Of a DNA stretch of 64,000 nt, positions 17,401 through 28,700 are shown piece by piece (position 1 is the stretch's first letter; each line of letters opens with the position of its first letter). A program made the translations under genes and the position numbers. Below the pieces are notes generated by a model that saw nothing but the letters and a program-made list of their open reading frames with translations, was not told where the DNA came from and did not search any database. This stretch comes from a virus: positions 17,023-81,022 of IMG/VR virus record IMGVR_UViG_3300025316_000011; one strand, written 5' to 3'.

Positions 17401-17800
17401 TAGGCTTATCTGTTAAAGAATTATACGACTTTTCATCGAGATTAGCAAGGCTATCATGATTACTCATAGTTCTATAAGAACCTTTGGGTTGATATAATGT
17501 AGCAGCCTGAGTTTTTCTCAGGAATAACATAGTGTCAATTATCCCACCCCCAATAGACCCCACAGAGACAACCCATCCCATTCTGTACATGGTAGTCATG
17601 GAATCATTGACGGAAGTATTAGTATGAGTAAACTGATACTGCCTACGAGGTACGCTATCGGATAGTACAACGACCTGTGTGGCAGCAAAGATAGCCCCTA
17701 ACTTAGTTCTGTTGTTTGGTAAGGTGAGAATAGGTTTTGTGTTCTGTCCCGCCGCCATAAGGCTAAAAAGGCATAAAGCTATAAATACTAATTTTCTCAT
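14486..17800 (-). CDS. signal-peptide-bearing tailspike/fibre-like protein with pectin-lyase-like beta helix
   Basis: MRKLVFIALCLFSLMAAG|Q; VGSGQKYLTVNSAL...IYPGTYYE beta-helix cap; YGWGNHA/FNWGD fibre motifs; GTVTSI linker; C-terminal ITFDCSTSNNF domain. Confidence 0.75.
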   Translation of the reverse strand: MRKLVFIALCLFSLMAAGQNTKPILTLPNNRTKLGAIFAATQVVVLSDSVPRRQYQFTHTNTSVNDSMTTMYRMGWVVSVGSIGGGIIDTMLFLRKTQAATLYQPKGSYRTMSNHDSLANLDEKSYNSLTDKPTIPPATDTSLLVHKKDSVRMGGYATQYDLTQLPSVDTALLLHKEDSIRGYLTPYHAGLTFQPIGNKILYVGSGQKYLTVNSALTVADSTYSIVIYPGTYYEKITLKNGVNIFGYGKNVTIIDTTALTAVKDNGTKVICQLSNLYFKSTKYVCLWLTNTSSEITCNNVTFESTTNYGALISGKLTGAKILATKLTGGNYGLDVSANGYAVDCWVNSNSGYGIHIDAGGKADDCYGTSLVQSGIYNEGGLVIKSTAETTHPYSAAFDNQGEARFCEGISHGQTGFANLGKLARAYNCIGEGDDMGISANSGVGFLNGNGTPTYDSAIAYYCKGLSHTDEGMVGYNNSIAYGCVGVALEGGLEGISSLGGTFVNCSAESKAPAAFQISAFGTNSLAGITKGAKLINCSGFSPKYPSGNGLVLFISGDSCVIDGGSYISEQTGSSSQAIRLASDVHHVFIRGVTATTDYAYFSIVADNVIPETMINVNSNKPFYNIRNSIDRLDTVYGWGNHAGLYFSKADSNTNANAITLKYFNDHKSSSSGTVTSISTTSPLTGGTITTTGTIAINNDTLTDWRTKQNKGVTAFNWGDYHSATLFPKRADSNTNTSYGYITRKYFDAHTLLGTYVNLADSNVYHHGYVTPKAMYDGLNEWGANYQPISGMSSYWLYADTSANKKLAAYYTTMAAIGLRSLPSDTGVNKKFAAYFDMTTKLVLKANLSSPTFTTQITTPKLIVTQPSITGGSGVNIVSVTGGSQSGVDVGSEVTDVNINLARTLQHNGGAITNQRSVIISTPTLTATSATTISDADGVVIQGPPTGGTNTTLTESCAVAVETKALTNVTTGYGLKVAAPTGATTNVAAKFTGNVNVTGRLYSDVVASGNSGTAITFDCSTSNNFTVTRTGNCTYTFSNMVAGQIVSVLMTHEASTTTYTVATSPTFTYPGGVTPVYTNTSGANDLLIVKYIGGVYICSQIADIK

Positions 17801-17802
17801 GC

Positions 17803-18621
17803 TTATAGTTTTTCAAAGATAAATTCTATGTTAAAGATAGCGTTGTTCCAATCGTCTCCCACCCCTGCATGGTGAAGGTAAATAGTTGTAGGAGTTGTCA
17901 GGGAGAAAGTCTTATTCACCGCAATGGTAGTCAACCCTTTCGTAGTAAGATCGAGCAGGTTCATCCCTGAACAGGCAAAACATTCATTACCTCCCGAAGT
18001 GATCCCCATACTTAGCTGCGCCCAATTAGCGGTCTTATTCTCAAAGACAACATCATTGAATTTGTAGTTTCCCGGAATCAAATTGAGAAATACCGAATCG
18101 GCTGAAATGTTGGTTTTGGTTGCTTTGACGGTACAGCATGAATTGGTGATATTGTTTATGATATATGTAGTAAATGACTGCCATACATTAACAGGGACAG
18201 TAGTTGTGGCAAATCCCGTCGTTTGACCTGAATTACCCCTTATGTGGAATGGGTTCACCGCACCCTGGATTATCATGCTGCCGATACCTCCATTTGAAGT
18301 ATCTCCAATGTACACGTTGATAAGGTCGGCAATGGTCTTGCCTTCAATCCCGGTACATTGTAGTTGCTTTTGGATTTTGTCAATGCAATAGAGTGTCCGG
18401 TAATAACTTAATGGATAAAACAAGCCATTGATAAGGTCTATTTCCCGTTGCTGTTCGATAATATCCAAATAAAACCATAGGTTATGAAGCAGCGATAATC
18501 TCCGGGATTCAGTAACCTTTTTACCCATCACGAAGTCACGTATCATGTCATTGGATATCGACACTACGTAAGGGTGCGCTATTTGCCAATATGCCGTTTG
18601 CTGTTGTTCCCGGACTGTCAT
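17803..18621 (-). CDS. putative tail hub/fibre attachment protein
   Basis: helical N-domain, GIGSMIIQG..PF motif, beta C-domain; lies between cargo and fibre genes. Confidence 0.5.
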   Translation of the reverse strand: MTVREQQQTAYWQIAHPYVVSISNDMIRDFVMGKKVTESRRLSLLHNLWFYLDIIEQQREIDLINGLFYPLSYYRTLYCIDKIQKQLQCTGIEGKTIADLINVYIGDTSNGGIGSMIIQGAVNPFHIRGNSGQTTGFATTTVPVNVWQSFTTYIINNITNSCCTVKATKTNISADSVFLNLIPGNYKFNDVVFENKTANWAQLSMGITSGGNECFACSGMNLLDLTTKGLTTIAVNKTFSLTTPTTIYLHHAGVGDDWNNAIFNIEFIFEKL

Positions 18622-18623
18622 GG

Positions 18624-19712
18624 TTAACAGGTTATATTGATGTTATTGCTCCCTCCGCATAATCCGCAGCGGTCGGTGACTATCTTTAACTTGTCGATCA
18701 TTTGACCGATGTCAGTCAAAAGATCACTCTCGCTTTTAGTGATAGGGTATAATCCTACATACTGGCTTTTCTGTAAATACACCATTTGGTTGATGCTCGT
18801 CACCAGTTCCCGTATCATCAGCAAGTCATGTTTTTTGGCCTTATTATCATCACAGTCGTCACATGGATCATCGCAGGTACAAAGTGTGTACTTAAACAAC
18901 TTCGTGTAACAGGCATTGGCTTTACATGTTTCAAGGATAGGTATGGTAACGACAATCCATGATGTAGGAGTAGGTATATGCTGTTGGTTGCCATTGTTGA
19001 CATAGGCAAGTTCAAATGTGTATGACCCGTCACCATAGGCAGAAAGGTCGATTATCACCGTAGTCCCGGCAAAGGGCAATCCCTCAACCAACAACGTACC
19101 ATCGTAGTTATAAAGCCTTGTCCGAACAACGACACACGATATGTTTATTGCTACCTCCCATTTCAGGCAGTCCGTCTTGGAAAGGACAAAAGCATCTCGG
19201 TCGATAAAGGTTATTGCCGTGGTTGCTATCGAAGTTGCCCCTACTGCCGCAACGGACAACCCTGCCAATGCGTAAATATCGGCAATGGTAAGGGCGGTAT
19301 ATACATAACTCCCTATTGTAAGCGGTTGCCCTACGACAAGCGGGGAGAAATCAGTAACATCGAGTGCGGGATTGGTCCCCGAAGATGAAGGGTTGATAGT
19401 CCCGGTAGTAGTCTTGATATAGAATACCCCGTTATAAAACACTATCCCGAATTGACCGAAATCAATATTATTCAGTGCATCCCATGTGTAGTTATACAGG
19501 GCATAGACTGATATCGTCTGCTGCGCCCCTACGGGGACACTCCATGAATCGGCATTGGATTGGTCAACATTGAAATCGGCGGCAAAGGCATCACTTGACC
19601 AGAATACCATTATCCCTGTCAAATCGCGTTCCCCCGCGGCATAAGGGGTAATGTCGCTGATACCTAAGTACCCATCGAGTGACTTGTCTAAAGAAATTAC
19701 GGGTGTAACCAT
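18624..19712 (-). CDS. putative tail hub protein with Cys-rich C-terminus
   Basis: beta-rich N-part, CTCDDPCDDC...CGLCGG...C; ATG at 19712. Confidence 0.55.
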   Translation of the reverse strand: MVTPVISLDKSLDGYLGISDITPYAAGERDLTGIMVFWSSDAFAADFNVDQSNADSWSVPVGAQQTISVYALYNYTWDALNNIDFGQFGIVFYNGVFYIKTTTGTINPSSSGTNPALDVTDFSPLVVGQPLTIGSYVYTALTIADIYALAGLSVAAVGATSIATTAITFIDRDAFVLSKTDCLKWEVAINISCVVVRTRLYNYDGTLLVEGLPFAGTTVIIDLSAYGDGSYTFELAYVNNGNQQHIPTPTSWIVVTIPILETCKANACYTKLFKYTLCTCDDPCDDCDDNKAKKHDLLMIRELVTSINQMVYLQKSQYVGLYPITKSESDLLTDIGQMIDKLKIVTDRCGLCGGSNNINITC

Positions 19713-19717
19713 GTCCA

Positions 19718-19749
19718 CAAAATTAAGAAAAATTCATACTACTGTCAAA
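19718..19749 (-). promoter_or_regulatory. Bacteroidota promoter for hub/fibre/lysis genes
   Basis: minus strand TTTG-20nt-TAATTTTG. Confidence 0.75.
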
Positions 19750-22700
19750 TTAAGGAGTGGTTAAGGCTACTGCCCTCTTATACCCTCCGTACACTCCTAA
19801 TGTCCCTGCGAGAACGCTGAATTTCTTCTGTCCAAGTCCTACTTCTGTAAGTCTCAATGTCGTACCTAAAATTGGAATAGGGTTTTTCATCCATTCTTCG
19901 GAAGCATAACCAAGCATAAGTTCGCTGTAAAGGTATGAATACTTCTGCTGGTCCTTCTTTGTCAATGTCCCGATGAAATACACCAACCCGGCTAAAGCCC
20001 CAGCATAGACAAGGCTGCGGCCTAAGTTGATACGCCTGTGAGTAGGTAAACTCTGCCAATACTTTAACGGGTCTTTCATGTTTTTAAAATCCCGTAAGTC
20101 GTGGATTACGTGTCTCCATGACTGAAAATGACCTTCCATGATATTCATTTCCCATTTTGTCATGGTGTTGCCTTCTTCATCAAGATATGGGACCCACCTT
20201 CCCCCTCCAATGGTTTCACCTGTCTTTGCATTGACACCAAGATTATTCAAATGTGGCATCATAAACATTCTGAACATCCCGACCATTTTACCCTTCCACC
20301 CGTTTGTCATCAATGCCTTTGTAGCATCGTCAATCCCTACATATACGAACTGTGAAGCATACCATTTGTAATGATTGTTCACAATATCCCAATCGTCTCC
20401 CCTGTCAGGGATAATGTCGCTATCACTCATTTCACCCTGTGACTTTAACCTTTCCGTAAGGGCATTATACATAGCCTTCTGTTTGGCAGATTGGCTCCCA
20501 TCGGAGTTGAAGTACCTCTTGTCTTTAAATCGGTCCCATGCTAAGTCCCCCGACTTAGCATCCACAGAATAGGCTTCCCATGCCCCGTTATGGATAAGTT
20601 GAGACACCAGAGAATGTACCCGCATCGTTTGGTCAACGGAGTTATCAGGTAACATCCCCCATGCTGCGGATAAAGCATTTTTCTTAACACTTAGGTTCTC
20701 CATCGGAGAATGAAGTAGGCTATCCTCCGTCTGATTCCAATAGTGAAACTTCCGGGCAATGGCCCATACCTTTCTACGGTTGGAGAACATTTTACCTGCT
20801 GCCTTTAAGTGGTCAGCCATAGTAGGTAGTATTTCACTCCTTAATTCCTCCGGCATTCCAATATTAGCGGCTGATTGAGCAATGGCATTAACGGTTGATT
20901 TGAATGCTCCCGCGATAAGAACTTTAGGCGCCGTTACGAACCTATACATCAGCAAAATGTTAGTCATGCCACGCATGGCGGTATTGGCTACGTCGGCTGT
21001 TTCCACGGGACCGATAAGCGGAACATCAATAGTTCCTCCGTTATCCCGTTTGTCTGCATTCTGTTTATTGACATAACGGTTAAAGTATTCCTCCATAAAT
21101 TCCCTTGTATGGCGAAGGTTTACGTTGTTGGAATTTTCCCATCCGGTCATTAAAGCCATCTGCGTATTATACTCCGGCAGGAACTCATTGCCAATCATTT
21201 CATCCCTGATACCTTTAAGCATAAAGTAGTTGCCGATTTTCTCAATGTCGTGAGAAGCCTTTTCGTTAAGGTCAGGGTCAAAAAGTTCAAAATGTGAAGT
21301 ATTCCCATCCCTTACCTCTACCAATCCTATCTTTTCATGTGTCTTTGAAGGGTCAAGCATTTGTTGGTTAATACTGCTGAACAACTTGGTCATGCTTTTA
21401 TCCTTGGTGACATCGGTGAAAATCTGGTCCGGTGCTTGGATATTGTCAAAGTATTTCTTCAACCCCTCTTTGAACTTACCCTGCATAAGCATTTCGTTGG
21501 CTGATTTGTCGATTACAGGAATATGACCTTTTGGTGCACGGGAGTTCATGTCGTTAAACTGCTGCTCGGCATCCTCCCATGTAAATTCGCTGATATTCAA
21601 ATCATCATGCTCGCTGCCTATTTCGGTAAATTGATGCTGCCAGTAAATGTCTGCTATGGTACGCTTTCTCATTTCATCGTACATGGCATTGGTGAGTTCA
21701 AGGTCGGCATCGGTAATCTTCCCTTTGTCATATAATGGCTTTGTTTCGGGGTCATTCTTGTCCATGTGGAGAACTGTTCCCCGCACCGTTACCTTATCAC
21801 CCTTTTTGTAGGATTTCCCACCATAGGTCAAGTCCTTACCCGCAACAACGTCCATATCCTTATAGAGATGGTCGAAGTATAAGTTTCCTGCGGTTCCGAC
21901 AAATGGCTGTGCTTTAATGCCATGTTGCGCCACTACCTTCTCAAGCAATGGGAATATCTTTTCATGGTATTTCCAATATGCCGATACGGTACGTTCGATA
22001 GACATTTGCATGGCCCCTGCGGAAGCCTGGATAAAGCTGCTGCGCTGTACCAATGGAGAAGGAATGTTTTCAAGTCCCCCCCCTTTTATGTCAGCGATTT
22101 GGTTTGCCGTCTCAATATGACCAAATCCTGTTCCCGGCCTTTTGAGTTCATCCAACGTGGCACTTACAAGTTGATAGATAGGGTCAGCAAACTTCTCTGT
22201 GTCGCTGCCTATCTTATGGTCTAATACCCTCTGCCATTCTGTTAAGGCTTTTATCTTTGCCTGTTTTGAACCTTTGGTGAGTAAGTCCCGCCTTGCTACG
22301 ACAGATTCCCTTTTCGTGTCAAATTCTTCGTAAGGGTCCATCATTTCTTCCTGATTGGAGAGATATTCACTAAGCTGGTTGATGAAAGGGGTGCGCAGTT
22401 TATCATTCTCTATCCGCTTGTTTTGGATGATACCACGGATAGTGATGCTCCCTACCATATCCATAAATTCAGGTTGTGCCTTTAAAATGTCAAGTATCTT
22501 ACCAATATCCTCAATGCTGTTTACCTGATAAGGCTTAACGCTGTTTTTACGTGTCTCAATGACTGATAACTTTCTGAAGGTAGCATCCATGCCTAACGCT
22601 TGCATCCCAATCATGAGTTTCCGGTAGCTATACATGCTGTCATTGTATTCTGCGGGGCCGCCTAATTTGCGATATTTCTTATCATCCATGATATCCCCCA

Positions 22701-25700
22701 AAATGTTCCGTTGCCTACCAATGACGGCATCCGTTCCCTGACCATAGGAGGTAACATCGAATATAGATACGTCAGCCTTCCCGTTTTTGTCAAATCCATG
22801 AACAACAACGATAGGGTCATAACCTTTTAAATCGTCTTTATACAATGACCTGAAACGTGGGTCTGCGTGTTCCGGCAGTTGGGAGTACCTCACTACGTCC
22901 ATGGCTCCCTGTTCAATACCAAGTAGGTTGATAAGGGTTTTAAGTACCTGTGGGTTGTAGTCTTTTAATCCTACCGTTGAAGCAATATCAGAAATGGTAG
23001 CCTGTTTACTGTTATGAGTAGCAGATAACCCAATAGGGGTATTGGCAAAAGATATGAAGTTCTGTATAAGTTCAGGTACTTTCCCGTCAATCATAGGATA
23101 TTTGGGTGTAACCTGGTTATGAATGGCTTCTTTTAACTTCTCGTCAGTATCGTATTTGTCAGCAGGGAAAACAGTCTGATGGGTTCCTTCGTTGTAATAA
23201 TAGTTACCCCTTGCATTTACTCCCGTCTTTTTAACTTCATTGAAGATTTCATCGGTGACTTCTTCCGGTGTGAGTTTTGAGAACCGTAAAGAATCAGCGT
23301 GATCTGATGCTAAATGAAGTGTAAGGTCGCTAATGTCCAATACAGGCATCTTTGCGGATCTGCTTTCAGCCTTACCCATTTTGTCAATGACTTTCATCTC
23401 GTCAGGGGTGAATGTGAACTTGTCTCCTTTTAATACCTGATTGGTGAAATCTTTAAAGAACTTTTCTAAGTCAGGGTTTCCAATGTCAAACCCGTCTTTT
23501 AATCCGAGTATGCCTTTTAACCCATTCCATAATTCGGTGACATAACGCTTCACGTTCTCATAGATACGTGTGGCGAAGGTTTTATCCGTCTCCGGTATCT
23601 TACTGTCACTTTCCCGTAAAAAGCGTTCTACGGCAGGAATAGAGGTAAACCCTCCCATGGTAGCCATCACTTCGTCAATGTGCTGCTGCCCGTCAAGTTC
23701 GGGATAAGTAATCTTTATCTGTTCCGATAATTTGGCAACATCGTTCCCCCCCTGACTGATAGCATCCTTCACGTAGTTTTCAAATTCAGCATACTTTTCG
23801 GGATTACGTGACTTATACACGGCATTCCATATATGCTGTAACTCATGTACCCCTGTGGATGATGTTACCTTGTCAATGTTGTAATGTATTCCCTGTCCAT
23901 CGACATATCCCCTTGCTGTTGGGCTAATACCTTTTTCCCGTAACGAATCGGAATCTTCCTTAATGAAGTTAAGTTGTTCAAACTGACCTTTTATTTTGTC
24001 AAGCAGGATTTCAAATGATTGTTGAACAACACGGTTATCTTGGATTTTGTTAAGGTCAATAGGCTTTTGAAATAGGGGCAATCCCTGTGCTACTTCATCA
24101 CGCATTTTGGGGGTAATGTCAATAGAATGTTGAGTTGTTGAACCATTAATTTTACGTTCGGATTCTATGGCAATTTCTTGTAATGTCTTTTGTATTGCTT
24201 CCTTAGATAGTTGATTCCCTACATCTATCGGAATTGTAGATAGAACGTCATCATTCCATGCACGTAATTGGTAGTCTCCAGTATGAGGTGATTTAACCAC
24301 AAACGAATCTGTAAAATCATTTTCATTTATAAGCCTTTTTGTACCAATATCTTTTGTTTTCACACTCCCCTTGCCCCACAAACCTTCTGCAACCTGACCG
24401 ACAATGCCTAATTTGCCTTCTGCCGGACTTCCGTAGAAACCTATCATGCCTTTGCCACCAACCTTAATATCCTGACCCGTCAAACTACGCAAAGTTCCTT
24501 TTGGTTCTTGTGCCATAAGTTTTTCAGCAACGTCCTTACCAATAATATCAGGCAAATCTTTAGGTTGAACTCCCGTTCTCTCTATTACAGTATTTCCATC
24601 ATGGTCGTATGCTTTAAGATTGCTACCGCTATAATGAATTTCGTTTATTTTCTTTGACAAATCATACCGTTCATTCTGCTGTTCACCCGTTGTCCAACTG
24701 ATACTTTCTGCACCTTCTTTTATAGCCTGTTTCAACGCAACTTTCAATCCAAGTTTTGTCCATGCTGTCGTTTCGGTGACGAAAGGGGCATGAGTATGTT
24801 TACTCTTGTTAGCATCTTTATTTAAAGTTTCTAACGCATTTTTAATCGCTTCTTCTTTTGTATTTCCTGAATCAAACACGAAATCTTGGGTTGCCCTGTC
24901 ATACCCTTTCGGGGCAGTTATTTTCCAATAATCCTCAAATTTAGTTGGAGGTTCTACTATGAATCCTGTTGGTAATTCAGTTATGCTGTTGGGTTCTTTA
25001 AACCCTTCTTTTTTCCCTTTCTGCCCCCAATCTGACTGAATTTCATCAACAAATAAAACTTTCTTTCCGTTAACGTCAACACGGGTGCTTAACCTTAAAT
25101 GTGCCAAAATGTTATGTTCATCGAAATGGGATGAACGGTAATAAAAATCCCTGCTTGCTAACACATACGAACGTGTATTGCGCTGTTGTGCATCGTTGAG
25201 TTCATCGTAAGGTACATTGTACTGTACGAAAGCCATTTGTTGAAGTTCATCGGTAGTAGGTTCCTTCGGTGGTAACGTTATCAATACCTCTTTGTAGTTC
25301 TCTTTGTCTCCGGGGAGTTGGTACGCCGAATATTTTGTTTGTGATTTTTCACGTTCTTCCTTACTTGTAAGTTTAGTCCTTATTTCATTATTTCTTAATT
25401 CTAATTTCACAAGTTGATCGAATGCTTTTTCTGGTATATATGTCGGTTTCTCCCCTCCATTTTTAATGAAATGATCTACGTCACCCCATATTTCATCTGC
25501 AAAATGTGTGTAATTAGAATCCCGTTCAACTCTACTAAAAATAGCATTTTTTGCGTTTATGATTAAATCATATTCTTCTTGTAATTTAACCTCATTATCT
25601 CCTTTTGAAACTTCCCGAATATCAATCCGGTTATCCTTCATCCATTGCTGGATTTCCCCTCTACTGAAAGTCTTTGAAGGGTTAGCCTTTAACATATCAT

Positions 25701-28700
25701 CTAACCCTGTATAGGTGAGTTCATCGCCCTTTACTCCCCGTGATCGTAACTGTTCGAGCCATTTGTTGCCAGTGAGTTTTTCCGCCTTAATATCCAAAAC
25801 GGCTTTTTCAACGGGAGAATAGAACCCATTGATAACATCAAGGTATGGTGATAATGGCTTTACCGTTGAGGTATTACTCATGGTCCCATCGGTAGTAGTC
25901 TTTTCGGAATCAAACCCTCCATGCGGATAGCGTTTGTAACCTTCGCCACCGGCATAAGCCTTCATTTCCGTAGAAAGGCGGGAATATTCATTTTGGTCAT
26001 TACCTATCCCATCAAGGTATCTGCCAAAGGCAGTAGATTGTTCATGTAACCCATTAGGCTTATCGTAGAACTCTTTTGGGATGATATTGATAGCAGAACC
26101 TTGTTTTGATTCAAGTCCGTTTGTGAGCAATATCTGATAGGCATACTTTGATTGTAAATCTTCCGGCAGTCTCTTAAATTCATCCTGTAAGAACTCAACA
26201 GTTTTTGGGTCAGTTTCACTTATAAGTGAATTTCCCCTGAAACTACGGACAAACATGTTGTCGGTGATGCTGTCATAAAATTCACCAGGATTTCTTACCC
26301 CTATCTTTTCAAGTTCCCCTATGGCTACGTTTTTAGGCATATCGGCAATGCCTTTTAACCATGATTGGTATTTGTCAAACCCTTCAACATATTCCTGCCT
26401 GTCTTTGGCTGAATATAAATGATAGTCCGTCCCGTTAAGGTCAATGGCTTTTTCCCCTATTGACTTCTTAAAGTACCTGTCAAGGAAAAGGTCATGGTAT
26501 GGCTTACCTCCACCAAATTCATCCATTGCATGGTGTTCGATATTGGTAAGTACCTTGTTAACCTCTTTTGACGGGTCAAGTTCCGTCCGGGTAGCCTTGC
26601 GGGACAAATCAGGCATTTGATCTTTAAACCTGCCATGGTCAATATCATAAATCAGGTTGTCAATATGCTTCATGTCCGGCTGATACCTGCCAAACATCTT
26701 ATTGACCATATCCATGAATGCCTGAAATATCCCTTTCGGGGTGTACCACGGGGACTTCTCCTTCTTTTCAAATGGTTTTTCAATGCCTGTCTTACCGATA
26801 TAATGAGCTATCCATTCCTCTGCTTGTAGGTCGGTAATCTTTTTGCCCCGCCATTGTGGGGAATAACGCTTCATGGCGGTTTTGGATTCATTCATTATGA
26901 TACCCTTACTTGGTTCATCCAAAAAGTAGTTATATACCATGTGGAAAAACTCATGCTTTGGTGATGTATATACAATCCCATCCCTCTGCATTTCAAGTCG
27001 TATCCTGCCATTATGAAGGTAGCCAAATACCTGTTTCCCGTCAATATTCAAAAACCCGATGCCATGTTTGTCCAGACTTTCACGAATATCAGCGGCAATG
27101 TCGGGATGAACGTTGGAATCTAACCAAGTGTTGAGGGTTTCTCGGCTGATTCTGCGGGTGTCTGTTTCACGGGATTCTTCAAAGATTGGCCCGTTTTCTT
27201 CTCCATTTCCATCCGCTGGTGCGCCACCCTCATTGCCAAGATTTGACTTGGGGTATACTTCGAGAACTGTTTTTTCATCTGATAAATATTTATATAGGTT
27301 ATTATAACTTTCTTCTGAAAATGGGAACCCTTGGAACTGATCTTTGTTGGCTTCAATTGATGATAACAGTTCTTCTTTTGTTGCCGTTGAAATATCAATC
27401 CCGTTATGTTTAACAAAAGTATCTAATGTCGCAAAGTCAGGGATTTCCGCATAAGCAGCCTTAATACGTTTTTTGCCTTCATTGATACTCATTCCCGTCT
27501 TTTCCTTATACTTGCGGGATATTTCCTTTTGGATTTCAGGAACTTTATCTTTAAATACGCTTTTGTCAGGATTGGAATTGATAAAATCAATAACATCGTC
27601 AGGAGTTATATTTGAGTTATAACCCTCATTCTCTTCGTTTACAAATAAATCAATTCCTTTTAAATTTGTGTCATTTGATTTATCAAGCAACCAATTTTTT
27701 TCTATCGGATGCTTCTTCTTAAACTGGCCTTTCTTTCTCCCTGACTTTTGTTCTACTTTAAGGGTGTTTTCATCCCCAAAACGAACATAACTCTTATATG
27801 AGAATTGTTCAGCTTCCAGCCTTTCCTGCCATGGTTGTAATCCACTTTGGGATGTCAACACTACCTGATCGTAGGCAGCAATTAAATCGTTAGGTGTAGC
27901 ATACTTCGATTCAACCGCCCATTGAGGAAACTGTTCTTCACTGATATTTTCTGAATCGTTTTTCCTATCCTGTAACAAAGATTCAACTTCCGATGTTCTT
28001 GCGGCACGAATGGATTGCTCACGAGTAGTAAGCGTTTCTCCAGCAAATAACTTGTCCGCAATGGTGTTTAACCTTTTATCAGAAACTACGTTGTTGTCAA
28101 CAAACTCCTTATATTCTTTGGCAGGAACCTTTTCATTTTTGTCGGCTTTAATCTTTTCCTTTTCCTGATTTACGAAGTTAATAGCTTCTTCTGCACTTCC
28201 TTCACCTTTGCCAAATGTCACGGGAGGATTCGATTCCGGCCCCGCTTGAACAACTTCACCGGGTTTTATGTCATTAATGAATACTGACGTATGTGGCAGC
28301 AAATCTAAGGTGTTGGTAAGGAATGTACCTGCCCTGCCAGAGAGTATGTCTGAAAGCCCGTATGCCTTGTCAAACGGCAACTCAACATTGCCAAGTTCGG
28401 ATGATCTTTCGATAATCCTGTCAAACATTTTGGCATATCCTTCTTTGTTGGCAAACTCTTTTTTAAGTTTCAAACGATAACCAGCAGCAGCGGTATCATA
28501 TTCCCATTTGCCAAAATCCCCAATGATTTTACCTATCTCTTTATTCTTAAATTGCGCCCTGTTATTATGAATAAAATTGAAAAGCATGGTCCCGTCCATC
28601 TCCCCGTTTTGGGTAAGGTATGTGTCGGTATCCTTCCATGCCTTTAAAATATCGGCAATGGATTTCCCTTCGGCAGCGGCAACCTCCGACATCTTCAATG

